Source: Dicyema japonicum
Lineage: Eukaryota > Animalia > Dicyemida
Assembly (NCBI GenBank): GCA_011109175.1
Contig: RDEW01000002.1
Location: forward strand, 1,953,413-2,017,412
DNA: 64,000 nt
Reading direction: 5' to 3'
Of the stretch, positions 49,280 to 62,442 are shown in pieces; the first letter of the stretch is position 1, and every line of letters begins with the position of its first letter. A program made the position numbers and the translations under genes. The notes beneath the pieces are model-generated. The model worked only from the letters and a program-made list of their open reading frames with translations, had not been told where the DNA came from and searched no databases.

Positions 49280-50826
49280 CACTCGATCCTCGCAAATTGG
49301 CCAATTTTTAAATTGACCACATTTTGAAAAATTTTCTTAGTAAAATTCTATTCTCCTTATTAATTGACCAAATTTTAAATTGGCCAAAATTTTTAAATTT
49401 TTAAATTTAAAAAAAAATAAAAATTTAATTAAATTAAAAAAAAAATAAAAATTTACTGTTTTTGAAAGATTCAAAAATTATCAACCGATTTTTAAAGCTG
49501 CAAATAAACCAAAGTTGCCTAAGCTTGAAGAGAGGTTGATTAAATGGATGTAGGTAATAGAGCCTGAAGGTATTTTTCGACAAATTAATTTTTTTGGTGG
49601 TTTTGTGAATGATTCTTTAATATCTACGAAGGCAGCAATTTTTGCGAATGAGTTACAACTCAGTAATTTCAAAAATTCTAATGGATTCCTGGATAAATTC
49701 AAAAAGAGACACGGCTTCAGAATGCGCAAGTACACGGGGAAATGCAAACAGTTAAATCTGTCGAATTTAAATCCTTTCTTGAAGAATTTTCAAAAGCATA
49801 TAAACCGTAATACTATAAGCTCACTCCATCGAAAAGCATCTGCAGAAACCGATTTCAAGATTACAAAAATTTTAAAGACCGTGTCTCAATTATTCTATGT
49901 TCAAACATGAGCGGAACGCATAAGTTGAAACCAGTGATGATTTCAAGACCAAAAATGCCTCGATGCTTTTTTTAAATTATGACTATAGTTCACAAAGAGC
50001 TAGGATGACTGGATCCATATTTATGGATTGGCTGATTTTGATATTCAGCTCAAGAATAAAAAACGAATTTTACTAATGATTGACAATTGCCCTGTGCATT
50101 GTATCCCGCCGAATTTGGAATATATAAAAATATGTTTCTTTTAAAAATAGTACAGGTTGCTTCAACCCATGGATATTGCCATCATAAAATTTTTCAAGAG
50201 TAATTTTACCAGACGCAATTTAATCTATTTGACGGAACTATTGGAAGCTCAAAATATTTCGGTCTATAATTCTTACAAGAAATTGAATTTAAGGGATACG
50301 GTCTTTTTATAAAAATGGCTTTGGAAGACGTATCCGAAGAGACGATCAGGAATTGTTTCAGTTTTTAATAACTCCAATAACGAAATTCTTGAAATTGATA
50401 TTAATGATACAACAATCAGAAGAACAGACATTTTCGATCCTCTCAAAGTTGAGGATTTTTTAAATATTGAATACACGGAAAATGAAACATTTATTGAAAA
50501 TCAAAATTCTTTAAAGATTCAGAAAATAGTGAACAAGAATCTGAAAAAACAGTTAGATTAACTGCAATGGAGAGAGAACTTAGCCAATGTTGAGAATGAA
50601 CATGAATTTCTTTAATTTCTTTAATAAGAAAGCACAAAGCAAGTATTATTGAAGGAAAGAAAAAACAATTAGGAATTACATTTTATTTTAATAAAACTTA
50701 TTACATTTTTTTGTTTATTTAAGGCAATTATTTGATAATTGTTCTTCAAAATTATTGATTTTATTTTTTCAAATTGGACACAAAATTCTAAGGAACCAAA
50801 AATGGCCAATTTGCGAGGGTCGAGTG
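49280..50826 (+). mobile_element. pogo/Tigger element with 24-bp TIRs and TA TSD; transposase decayed
   Basis: TA|CACTCGATCCTCGCAAATTGGCCA ... TGGCCAATTTGCGAGGGTCGAGTG|TA; FKNSNGFLDKFKKRHG, MIDNCPVH, LQPMD. Confidence 0.9.
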
Positions 50827-51413
50827 TATTTATATCGATTTCGTAGATCAAACCAATTTTTTCCAATTCTATAATAAATGCATGTAAAAAACTCAAAAAT
50901 ACCTTCGGTTAAGTTAACCTTGGCATAAATTTTCTACACAGGGAGTAAAATGATGTCCAATAACTCATACAAGTTTCGTCAACTTTACTTTTCGACTTGT
51001 GAAAAAAAATCATATTCGAATAAGCATTAGTGACCTCGTTGATCCTCAATAAAAAAACTGTAGTTAGAAAATTCGTAGGTGATAGAAAATTTACCAAGAT
51101 ATTTTCTAATAACATTCTTTACCTTTTCAATGACCTTCTTGATTAAATGCGGCATAACAGTTGATGAAACGTTAGTATTTTATTCAAAAATCTAAACATT
51201 AAAAATAAAATCAATTAAAATTTTACTTTATTAACCTACAAAAATAATTTTTGATTTTTTGACATTTTAAAAAATTTTGACTTTTTTGACTTTATAACTT
51301 TTGATTTATATAATATTTTTTTGAGTTTTTTACAATACATTTTTTAACAAAAAAACTAATTTTAATTGAAAAAGCCTGCTATTTTTGATTAAAAATCACA
51401 TTTTTATAAGTTT

Positions 51414-51640
51414 AGCCCTTAGTTCAAATCTCGCTGCTGTACATTCCGGTTGAGGTTCCTCGCATCTATGATGCTTTGGCCTGACAAGCGACGCCGTTTC
51501 AGTGACAATTTCACTACGGCACCGAAAGGTCTATAAGGACATACACCCAACAAAAGTGGAGTTCTCCCTCATCGATTAGTTATACGACTGTTTTTTATGA
51601 AGTGCGTCTCCTGCATGAACGGAGCTAATATGGTGTAGTG
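51414..51640 (+). mobile_element. Diverged member of the SINE family
   Basis: AGTTCAAATCTCGCTGCTGT...GGTTCCTCGCATCTATGATGC aligns to the SINE B-box and core; CGATTAGTTA also shared. Confidence 0.7.
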
Positions 51641-51922
51641 ATTAGTGCTGTTTGGTATAAAAACCGCTACCTACCTGGTCGAAGGATTTTATCATCTCTC
51701 TGCCTTCTTCAGTTCATCATTGATCCACCTAACTGAAGAGCCCAATGACTGGAGGGCATCCAAAAAAATGCCACTCTTCCCTATTCCAGTGGAAGGGTTC
51801 CATAATGGAAGGGACGTGTGATGCTAAAAAAATAGCTCCCACTGTACAAAACCTATTTAAGATGTGGGGTATTAATTATGTAAATATGTGAGCTGCTTAA
51901 TTAATTAATTAAATAATATTTT

Positions 51923-52718
51923 TTATTTAGAAATTTTAAGATGATTGATCAACTCAGAGAGGGATTCCCAGTATCTTTCCTGTCCCTTTGAAGTATATAA
52001 GAAAACAAACCTCAAAGTGTATCTCCCCCGAGTTGGAAGTGAGAATCAAATAATGACTGATGCGTGATTCACTTACTTTTACTGACAGGAAAAAATCATT
52101 TGGATTTATCTTTGATTTACGGACTAGGAATTTCCCGACTTTATGTTTCATCAGCTTTTTCACTGAAGTCTTTTCGGAGACCGCTGGTTGGTACCAATTT
52201 CTGGTGAAACTAGCATTCACGTACTCTGACCCATTATTCGTGTAAAACAGCTGTGCTCTACTCTTATACCACCACTCTTACTTTTTTTCGTTCTCCTTAG
52301 GGAGGAACAAAATGTAGTGACCTAGATTTTTGTCCGAATTGTAGAAGGCTACGATTTAATGTCCTCAATACCTTTGTAGAAGGTGGAGTCAGGGTCAATC
52401 AACTTTTTGAACTAAAGTTTGATAAATACGCATCACAGAGTCGGAGTCCCCTTTGACGAATTCAAAAGAAGCAGTCGAGTCCAATCTAGACATTACGTCG
52501 GGGGTTGGAGGTTCCATCCACCTAAAGCGATAGTCAAATCCAAAATATAATTTTTTGCCTTTAAAAAAATCTGATATCTTTTTGAGAACGACTGAAGTTG
52601 TTATATAACCCTAACTGGATTTTTTATCCTTCTCAATTTCAAAGGCAGATTTAATTCTTTGTTTATTCTCCAATACTTTGTCACGTGGTACAGCCGCGTT
52701 GTATGTATTCAACTCCAT
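51923..52718 (-). CDS. SH3-like plus SH2 domain protein without a kinase domain; 5' end uncertain
   Basis: SH2: NWYQ...GKFLVRKS...FFLSV...ISHYLI; after a 25-nt intron WESLSELINHL*. Upstream SFEFVKGD...FYKAF (SH3-like) joined by 25, 23 and 24-nt introns. Confidence 0.7.
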
Positions 52719-53129
52719 TCTGTCAAATAGTCTGTTTTACGTTAAATTTGGATTAGTTGTTAATTAAATTGCGCTGATTTAATATTATTCACCTCCGCAT
52801 ATGGTCATGTTATCATGCTTTAGTGTTCTACGGTCATCCAATCTGAAATATCAGCAAATCGAGGACCTTTAAACACCCTGTCTCTTATTTAAGGCTAATA
52901 GAGATGCAGGAAACATACGTAATTTTTAAGACATCTCTTTACTGGAGTTGATCCTTGGCTAGAGAAGGTAGAGTAATTATTAAAGCCTCTCCTGTGGCGG
53001 GATGATATGTTGGGGAAAGAATGGAATATGGAAAGTTCCTTGATTTACTTGAGTCAGATATCGCTTGACTACTTAATCACAATAAACAACAAATATATTA
53101 AATTTCTTTATTATTATAAGCAATCTTAT

Positions 53130-54050
53130 AATTCTACTCGTTCAGCATTCGAAACAATCTTCAGAACCAACTTATTCCAACCTACTCGTAAGACAGTTCC
53201 CTCAGCTCCCACTTTTTAGACGTTTGTTCACGAGCTTTAGATCTCTATCATGTGTTATTGGTAGTGTAATACGCCGGGGTTTACGAAAACACGGTCCCTG
53301 TCCAAGTAATTTTCCATTGCTATGTTGGCTGGAGCACCCGAGTTCATACGCATAATATGTCCAAATAGCCTTCAACGCACATCAACAATTTCAAGACTTA
53401 GTGAACCCGTCAATATTTCTCGATTCCTTGTTTTTTCTTGCTGGCCAGTTCAGTCCTAGTAGGGATCTGAGTTGTCTTCGATGGAAAGAGTCTAGTCCAA
53501 GTTGTACATTAGGATCGGCTTGACAAAGGCTTTATACGGTCTCAAATGAAGCAATTCTATGTTTACCAGAAAGGAATTCCTATCTATTGGATTTGAACTA
53601 TAAGATCGGATGAACAATGGAGACCAATAAGCCTGAATTTTTAGTTGGAGAAAAGTGAGGACATCGTTCGAAAAAAGACCCTCGCTACAGCTGCGCTAAA
53701 GAAAGTAAAAATAACTGAGTTGACGGAATATGATCAAGTACATTATTCCAGCTAGGGATATACAATATCCTAGTGAGACCTGGAAGAAAGACCCTCGCTA
53801 CAGCTGCGCTAAAGAAAGTAAAAATAACTGAGTTGACGGAATATGATCAAGTACATTATTCCAGCTAGGGATATACAATATCCTAGTGAGACCTGTCCTA
53901 CCATATAACGACATAAATCTTTAGACATGTCGTGGGCTTTTCATACCGTGAATAGAGACAAACTTATGATCGTACTTGGAGATATTTTGGACAAGGATCA
54001 TGTCAAGATCTTTCGTCTCCTGATATGCAATAATTAAGAACATTCAGTCT
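53130..54050. mobile_element. RTE-like LINE fragments
   Basis: RLFGHIMRMNSGAPANIAMENY (minus strand, 53130-53400) and further RT scraps. Confidence 0.65.
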
Positions 54051-54498
54051 AAACCCTTTCGCACTACATGTGGTGTCCCTCGAGGTGATTCACGCTCTCC
54101 TGTTTTATTATCCCCAAGTCGAGAATTCGGAAAAATTTTAGTGACGCATAAATTAATGAAATTGGGGTCATTCTCTCCGACAGAAAAATATCTCGGAGTC
54201 TAATTATTAAATCCATTCCTCTCCCAGTCCTAATTTACAATTCTGTTACACCGGTGTCCACCTACTAGTTCTCTTCCGAACCAAATATACCTGTCGGTTC
54301 CTGGGAGAGTCCTCGTTTTTATTACCCACCGGTTTCTTTCACATAGAAAGCGCTGAGATTAACACAACAATGAATGCGGCATATGATAAACACGTGTCCT
54401 AGTATATTCTAAACACGCTTGTATGACTGGACAGATGGACTACCAAAACAGGAGACAACATTAATAAGTGAGAATAAAGGAAATCCCAGGGAGACGAC

Positions 54499-55534
54499 TC
54501 AGAACGGATAATCCCTCATAGATTTGGCACTAGAGAATTAGAAAAATACTACGATTCAAACCAGAGAGACCGATATCCCTGACCACATCTGTTCAGCCTC
54601 TCCAGGTCTTCCTCACACAGTTTAAAGTCAAAGATCTGCTCATCAAATTACAGATAACATCGAAATTGCTGCAGATGTGATCCGGGTTCACACTTTTCGT
54701 AATCACAGAGCATCCTCTGTCGATGTGGAATCTCAGTAAGACCTGTGATTCTAACACTCGAGATCTACCTGAACGGGGGACTTGCCGTGCTTCTGAGCAA
54801 TGTCCTTAACAGTCTCGTCGTCAATGAAGGAGGTGGCTCCCTCAGTTCTACGAAATGACCACAGAATATACAGAGGGAGACCCAGAGGACTGTAAGCCGT
54901 CGTATATATATCGTTTTGGAGACAGTGATCAATCCAGTCTCTGTTATCGAGGAATGGATGGGCCTCGATCTGGTTCACGACCGGCTTTATAGTGGAAGCA
55001 TTGAGGATCCGGTAGATTTGGGAGGGATTGAAGTTTGAGACCCCGATATTTTTGGTTAGTCCCGCTTTTTTTACCTTCTCCATGCCTCCCCAAGTCTCTT
55101 CCATAGTCGCACAGCCTTCGACCAGGTTTTCGGCCTCGTCTCTGGGAAATAGAGCATCCCCTCCCATAAAAGTCATGGGCCAGTGGACTAGATACAAATC
55201 GACGAAGTCAAGGCCAAGGTTATTCAGGGACATGTTCAGATTCGTCATGACCTCTCCTTCTCTGTGGAAGGTACACCAAAGTTTGGTGGTTACAAATATA
55301 TCGCTCCTCTTGACTGTTCCGTCTTTTATTTTGTCCCTAATGGCTCTCCCCACTTGACTTTCATTATTATATTCGAAGGCAGTGTCAATGTGACGGTACC
55401 CAACGGATATGGCCGTCTTCACCGCCTCGTATATTTCTAATCCATTCGACTAGAATTTACTTTTCAACAGAGACCTGCCACGTGCCGAATCCAAGAGTTG
55501 GAAAAAGTGTACCGTCCTTAAAAAGCAACGTCAT
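54499..55534 (-). CDS. Aldo-keto reductase family 1 protein, about 304 aa
   Basis: Introns of 25, 24 (in-frame, less certain), 26, 23 and 23 nt; LGFGTWQ, GYRHIDTAFEY, VTTKLW, LVHWP (D/Y/K/H tetrad intact), IGVSNFN, ends RDYPF*. Confidence 0.93.
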
Positions 55535-56889
55535 ACTGAACAGCTTTTTGTGATAATTTTTTAAATAATTTTTTTGAAAAAACAAACAGTCTAAATTTAA
55601 TTATTTAAAAAATAAATTAAATTTTATAGATAAATTATACCTTATGGTCACATCTTTTTTGAGTTCAGAGGCCGTACGAGTATAACGCTTCCCGAAGTTC
55701 TTAATGGATATTTGAGACCAGTTAACAGAGCACTAAGTGACAGTGAATACCACAGCAGTCTGCGGAGTCTGGTATCGAATAGGAGATGGTGGGAGAGACT
55801 ATCATCTCGGATCATACAACGTGGCACGAATGGAAGCTAATATGATTATATGTCGTTGCTTATAATAATACTCTTCTGAGTTACTAAATCCCCTTCTTCG
55901 ACCGAGCTGTCATTCTTCTTGGAAGAATTTTAGCTAATATGATTATATGTCGTTGCTTATAATAATACTCTTCTGAGTTACTAAATCCCCTTCTTCGACC
56001 GAGCTGTCATTCTTCTTGGAAGAATTTTCTCTGGCTTGGGTACTCGCTCTCAGTGGGGTTTGCAGGACCACCATTTTCTTCGGCTGGATGTTAGAAATGA
56101 AGCGGAATCTTACTCGTTAGTGAGACTAAGGTAATTACATTTTATATGTCACTGATGTAGGGTCCGAATCCTGTCCTAGCCAAACTTCGAGGTACATGTA
56201 CAGTGATCATTGGCTTTGAGGAGGACCAGAGGATTATCCCTTGCCTTCTACTATCAACGGGGTAAAAGGCAGAATAATTGATCTATGGGGACTTACCTTA
56301 ATAAAAGATGTTACTCGTCTCCTGCAAGAAATGAAACTCACTTATCCACTCACTGCCTTACCTGGTTACGTCGTCATCTTACAAGAACACTCCTCGGGTT
56401 TTGGAAGAAGACTTAATACTTTTGACAGGAGAGAGATGTGACCACCTATTAACTACCACTGAGGTCATAAGAATTTCTTGTCGACAAGATCGATTGGTCA
56501 TGATCATGGACATATACATACCCCCACTCGGTTCTTGCCTCTAGGACTTGACATCTCCGGGGGATCTCCGAAATACTTAAATTCATAATCAACTGCCATA
56601 TACGGGGGAATTTTATTATTAAAAACCTGGAAAATTTGGTAATCATAAACAACCTAGTGACATACGCAAGATTACCGTAGAAAGTCTACAAAGTACACTC
56701 CAGGTACGTGATGCCCCTTCGGAAAGACAATAACCCCATTCTTATCTCCCAAAAAGAGCGGTCCTCACTAACTTCAATCGTGAATTACAAGAATGTCCAC
56801 TGAAAGGAATCGGTTGCTTTTGTAGACAAAATCTGTTAGGATTCAAAGCCAAGACTTCAAGCCACTTGATAGAGCACTATTCTACTTAG

Positions 56890-57450
56890 TCTATTAGTGC
56901 AAGAGGGGGGTGAATTTTACATCGGAAGCCACCTCTCCCAGGCATATGGAAGAAAAAGTGCCAAGTTAATCGAGGAAACTTTCTCAGAAGTTTTTATGGC
57001 CAAATTCAAGAAACCGTGCAGAGGATCAAGAGAGATCGTTAAAAGTCAGAAAAAATTTAGGGTGACTGGGAAAGACTTACTGTTACTTTAAGCAATTCCC
57101 TTTAGGTGGTGTGGAGCGACTATTTTCACATGAAAAATCTTTCGTTTGGGACGTGACGTGAGTAAAATCATTTACCGTTTCAAGTTTTGTAATTTCTGGC
57201 CATTCTGACAGCCCAAATAATGACTCTGCAGAGTGGAGGAAATTGAAGAAGTACTCAGCCCTCGGAGATCGCCTCCATTTTGCTTTAATCACCTTTGAAA
57301 CATCTTGTCGGAAGAATTGGTAATAGAGTCATCAATGAAATTTGGAATGCAACCACCATGTGAACGGAGATGGCTATTTCAGCGCCTTGGAGTTACCATT
57401 CTCCGCGGCACTGCTCACTGTCTTATCAACTGGTGCCTGATTTGATTCAA
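56890..57450 (+). mobile_element. CRE-clade retrotransposon endonuclease end
   Basis: FVWDVT, AEWRKLKKYSAL, ITFET, WLFQRLGVTILRGTA. Confidence 0.6.
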
Positions 57451-57915
57451 TTACGTGATCCAGTTTCCATATATCGCCCTTGCCATTTTTGTCCTGTGCT
57501 CATCAACTTTATCGCTTCCTTGAAGTATCTCTGCTTGTAAAAATAATGCGTTTAAAAAACTTAGGGAAATATTTTCAAAAAATAAAACTCGGAGATTTAA
57601 TTNNNNNNNNNNNNNNNNNNNNNNNNNNNNNNNNNNNNNNNNNNNNNNNNNNNNNNNNNNNNNNNNNNNNNNNNNNNNNNNNNNNNNNNNNNNNNNNNNN
57701 NNNNNNNNNNNNNNNNNNNNNNNNNNNNNNNNNNNNNNNNNNNNNNNNNNNNNNNNNNNNNNNNNNNNNNNNNNNNNNNNNNNNNNNNNNNNNNNNNNNN
57801 NNNNNNNNNNNNNNNNNNNNNNNNNNNNNNNNNNNNNNNNNNNNNNNNNNNNNNNNNNNNNNNNNNNNNNNNNNNNNNNNNNNNNNNNNNNNNNNNNNNN
57901 NNNNNNNNNNNNNNA

Positions 57916-58590
57916 TTAATAAAAAATAAAAAATATCCCTTTTTCCTTTTATGGGATCATGATTTTCCCTTTTCCTTTTGTGGGTGATCATTCTTTCAAC
58001 ATTACTGCCAACTGACTCTTCAGCCAATTCGGCAATTTCTATATTAAATTTAATTATTTAAATCAATGATTTATTGTCTTTCTTTAAAATGCATTTTATC
58101 ATTAATTTCTTAAAAAATATTTTCTCATTAATAAAAATATAAAAAATATCCCTTTTTCCTTTTATGGGATCGTGATTTTCCCTTTTCCTTTTGTGGGTGA
58201 TCATTCTTTCAACATTACTGCCAACTGACTCTTCAGCCAATTCGGCAATTTCTATATTAAATTTAATTATTTAAATCAATGATTTATTGTCTTTCTTTAA
58301 AATGCATTTTATCATTAATTTCTTAAAAAATATATTCTCATTAATAAAAATATAAAAAATATCCCTTTTTCCTTTTATGGGATCATGATACCCCCTTTTT
58401 CCTTTATTGGTGTATCAATCTTTAATAATCACCACCAAATGACTCTTCAGCCAATTTGGCAAGTTTTTGCGTTTATTATATTTTAATTATATAAATCAAT
58501 AATTAAGTTGTCTGATTATTAAATTACTCACATTTTTTTGCTTTTCTGAACACGTTTTCATCATCTTCAATTGGTTCCGTTCTGGAACAG
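57916..58590. repeat. About 213-bp tandem repeat (about 3 units) with a dispersed copy at 59530-59780
   Basis: AAATATCCCTTTTTCCTTTTATGGGATC...ACTCTTCAGCCAAT recurs near 57930, 58143, 58355 and 59537. Confidence 0.85.
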
Positions 58591-60820
58591 GACGTCCTCT
58601 TAATTGGGATTTATTAGTCTCGGAATCGATCTGATTGCAATATCTTCAAGATTATTTCAGAATTCAAGAAATACCATCAGGACCACACGTATAGGGCTTC
58701 TTAATTGATCTTATTCTTGTGTAACCTGATCGTGACTAATGAGTTCTATACATGAGGTTATTTTTGGTACCAACTTTCGAGTTCGACGGTAGGGAGTTAC
58801 TGAAATGTCTATAGAAACGTAAACTTAATACTTCATTTGCTTCTTTTGAGCAGGGGGAGATTCTGTTTCATTTGCTATGTATAATTTGATTTGAGGGATA
58901 GTATTCCAAATGTCTCGTGGGATTTATTTTTCCAATTGATGATAAGATAGGTTCCTAAAGTTTCCTTTCTTAGCTTTTGCGTCGAATGTCCAATGGAAGT
59001 GGGAAGAAGTAAATCGCACAATTTTTGATCATCAGATTTTTATTTTTTATGGTGGCAACCCTAAATTTTTATCGTAATTTCCCGCATGCTAGATTATTTT
59101 ATGTTATAGCTTTAAAAATTGTGGAAAGATTATTTGGAATATGAAATTCAATGATGCCTTGCGAAATAAATGCCCTGAACATCCAACGAGAAAGAAAATA
59201 TAAGCTACTTTAGAAAATTCATACTACACGTGGAGTTCACATGAAGGAGTCAACAAAATCGAATATGAAATCAGAAAACGACATTTTACTGTGAAGTTTG
59301 TAATTTTCGAATCCTTCCAAAGTTTAATTTCTTTTTATTGATGATATACCAGTTTTTGCTTCTGGTAAAAATGAATGATTTCAGATAAATTTTATTTATC
59401 TAAAAATAAGTCTGCAATTGAATTTTGAAGAATTCATGACAATTGAATCAAAATTTATTAACGTCTAATTTTAGCCTGGAAATGGCCGACTTTAATTAAT
59501 TCGTTACTTTTTTTCTTTTCTTTTTTTTCTCATTAAAAAAATATCCCTTTTTCCTTTTATGGGATCCTGATACCCCCTTTTTCCTTTATTGGGACATAAA
59601 TCTTTCCACCACACAACCAACTGACTCTTCAGCCAATCGGGCAATTACTTGTGTTTATTATATTTTAATTTTATAGATCAACAATTAATTAGTCTGATTA
59701 TTAAATTACTCACAAATTTGTGCTTGGCTGAATAAGTTACTATCATCTTCTATTGGTTCCGTTCTGGAACAGGAGGGTATATCCATTCGTCTCTGGATCA
59801 ACCTATGACAGCCTTATCCGTGCTTTTGTTAATCTGTTGTGGACTGCAAAGAGCTTCTGACTGCTTTATTGGTTCCGCTCTGGAACAGGAGTGTATATCC
59901 ATTCGTCTCTGGATCAACCTATGACAGCCTTATCCGTGCTTTTGTTAATCTGTTGTGGACTGCAAAGAGCTTCTGAGTGCTTTTATTTCTTCGTTTACAT
60001 TGAGATTGGACTACAAAACTATATAGTACCATACAGTCGGAAATCGGAGTTCTTTTTCGATATCTTGATGGCTACTCTCAATGGACTTCAAGGCATCTTG
60101 TGTCACTGATTGCCTTACTAACCTGTAGGCGGTTGACAGCTAATAAATGTGAAACACCAAATACCGGTCCCTCCCATAGATCACTCAGTCCCGGCATTGC
60201 AGACGTACGTTGTGCTAATTCATGACATTCAAATAGGTGATTTGTTGTCAAAGGGACAGAAGACATATACTTCGGTAGAAAGTGGTGGTTCCCACATCGT
60301 AGACAAGTCAGTTTTACCATGACGTCCTTCGGAAGAGATAATTCTGATTGGTCTATCGGAGGAAAGGGCCGGTGTAGATTTTATTATCGTTGAGTATTCT
60401 GATGCTTCTCATAGAAACAAAATCGTGATACAGACTAAGTAACAAAAATAATCCTTAAAATAAATTTATGACAAACCATATGTATAATTTAAATTTTAAT
60501 TTAAAAATAATTAATAAAATAGAATAAATTAATAAATTTATTAAGTAAATTGTAACGACCCGGTTACACAGAGCGGTCGTGTTATTGTGTTCGTTGTCGA
60601 AAATTCTGGACTAGGTTGTCGAAAATAAAATATTTTTTCCCGGATATACTAACTTTATACGATATAGTTTTTTTCGCACAGGCCGGGACATATGAAGACT
60701 GTACTTTGCTCGATAGACGTCCACAAAGCTTTTGACTCTGTGTCAAGGAGGATCCTTACTTGGAAAATTTAATTAATTTGAAAAGCACGTGACAAATATT
60801 TATAAAACCTAATGAAAATA

Positions 60821-62442
60821 CAGTAAACTCTCTCAAATTTGCCGTTTTTGGTTCCAGCGAAATTGTGGCAAATTTGAGAATTGGCAGATTTCAGAATAAT
60901 AATAATAACACAAGAGACCAAACTAACTAATCACGTGATCCCAGCACGCTCTAGCAGGGACCTCATCTTGGCCCGATGCTCCTCCCTCGTGCCCACACTA
61001 GCACGTATCGGTCATTTAATTTATTTGAAGTTTTAATTTATTTGAAGGCTTCCTCAACTGACATTTGTTTAATTGTTAAAAAAAAATTTTTTGTTAACAA
61101 AAAAAAAAAAAAANTTTATTTTAAGATAATTAAACCATTTAAATTAATAAATTTTATTTTTAAGGAAAACAATATTTTTAACCAAGGAAACAAAAATTAA
61201 ATAAATTTTAGTATAATAAAACTCAATTCCCAATTGCCTTTTATTTGAATTTTCAATATTTTCTTAATATTTTCTTATTGAAGTAATGAATTCTGCACCA
61301 TTGTCATTTTCTATGTTTTCTAGAAGATAATTTTCAATCACTTGTAATTTTCAGCCTTTTTTAATGACTCATGTACTTCTACACAACCGGATTCTTCTTG
61401 TTCCCCAATAGCAATTAATTTTTCCTCTTCAATTGAACTCATCTATTTCCCGATCAATAGTGGCTTTAACTTATGTGACTGAAACTCTATCCTTGAAAAT
61501 TTTATATCCGCCGAAAGGTGACAAATTCTCCGAGAAGGTATCAATTTATAAAATATTTCTCTCATCCAAATACCTTGAAAAACCAACAGTTTTAATGAAG
61601 AAAATAAAGTAAACGGTTACATAAAAGCTTCCCTGACTGCGTGGCTATTCCCTATCAGGGTAGCGTGCGAGATTCGCTTGAATTGCCAGCAGCGCTCACG
61701 AGGGTATCCTGTTCGTGTAACGATCCGATTCCATAGACGACATAAGAATTGTAGCGTCGCAGGAGTAACGGAACAAAGCGTCTCAACGGCGAGTGGAACA
61801 AAAAAAATCCTTGGTTATGACCGCGTACTTTTCCTGTTTCATCTTCTCGGCCTTCTCAGCAGGAGAAAAGGCTTCAGAAACAATCATCCGAATTATAAAT
61901 ATTTTCAGACAAGTAACTCTTTGAAACTTCTTCAAATTCTTCAAAAAAACCATCAATGTCCACATGTTTTTTCAGTGCTCATTCCGCCGTGTAATTTGCG
62001 CATTAGAAATCCATGTCTTTTTTTTAATTTCTTCAAAAACCCGTAAGAATTTTAAAATTAATTAACGAAAGCAAATATTGTATCTTTTGATTCCATTAAA
62101 TCCATCCAATCTACTAGATTTTCATCAAGCTCTAGAGATTCTCTTTTTAAAAACAGAAGAAAATCTGTTGCATATCGTCTGACATGAAGCTGATTTATTG
62201 GTTTTTTATACCGCAATATTTCAACTTTTTGAGCAATTGAAAGTCTGGTGTAGCCTCCAACAGGAACATTGCGACCCATGCTTGTTTAAAATTATTTAAC
62301 TCTTTAAAAAAATAAAAATAGTTTTTAAATGTGTTGGCAACTTTCAGAATTGGCAATTATCATTGAAAATAGAAAAAATCGATAAAATGGCAAATTTCAG
62401 AATTGGCAAATTTAAGAGTGGCATATTTGAAAGAGTTTACTG
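60821..62442 (-). mobile_element. pogo/Tigger element with TIRs, decayed, carrying internal insertions
   Basis: TA|CAGTAAACTCT ... AGAGTTTACTG|CA; RLSIAQKVEIL, GFLKKLKKRHGF, KLKPLLIGK. Confidence 0.82.

Noticed and set aside
59600-59645. Hammerhead-like layout in the 213-bp repeat (ATTGG-CTGAAGA...GAAAG...TC-CCAAT, minus strand)
   Set aside because: Stem I can form, but stems II and III do not pair, and the GAAA is lost in another copy.
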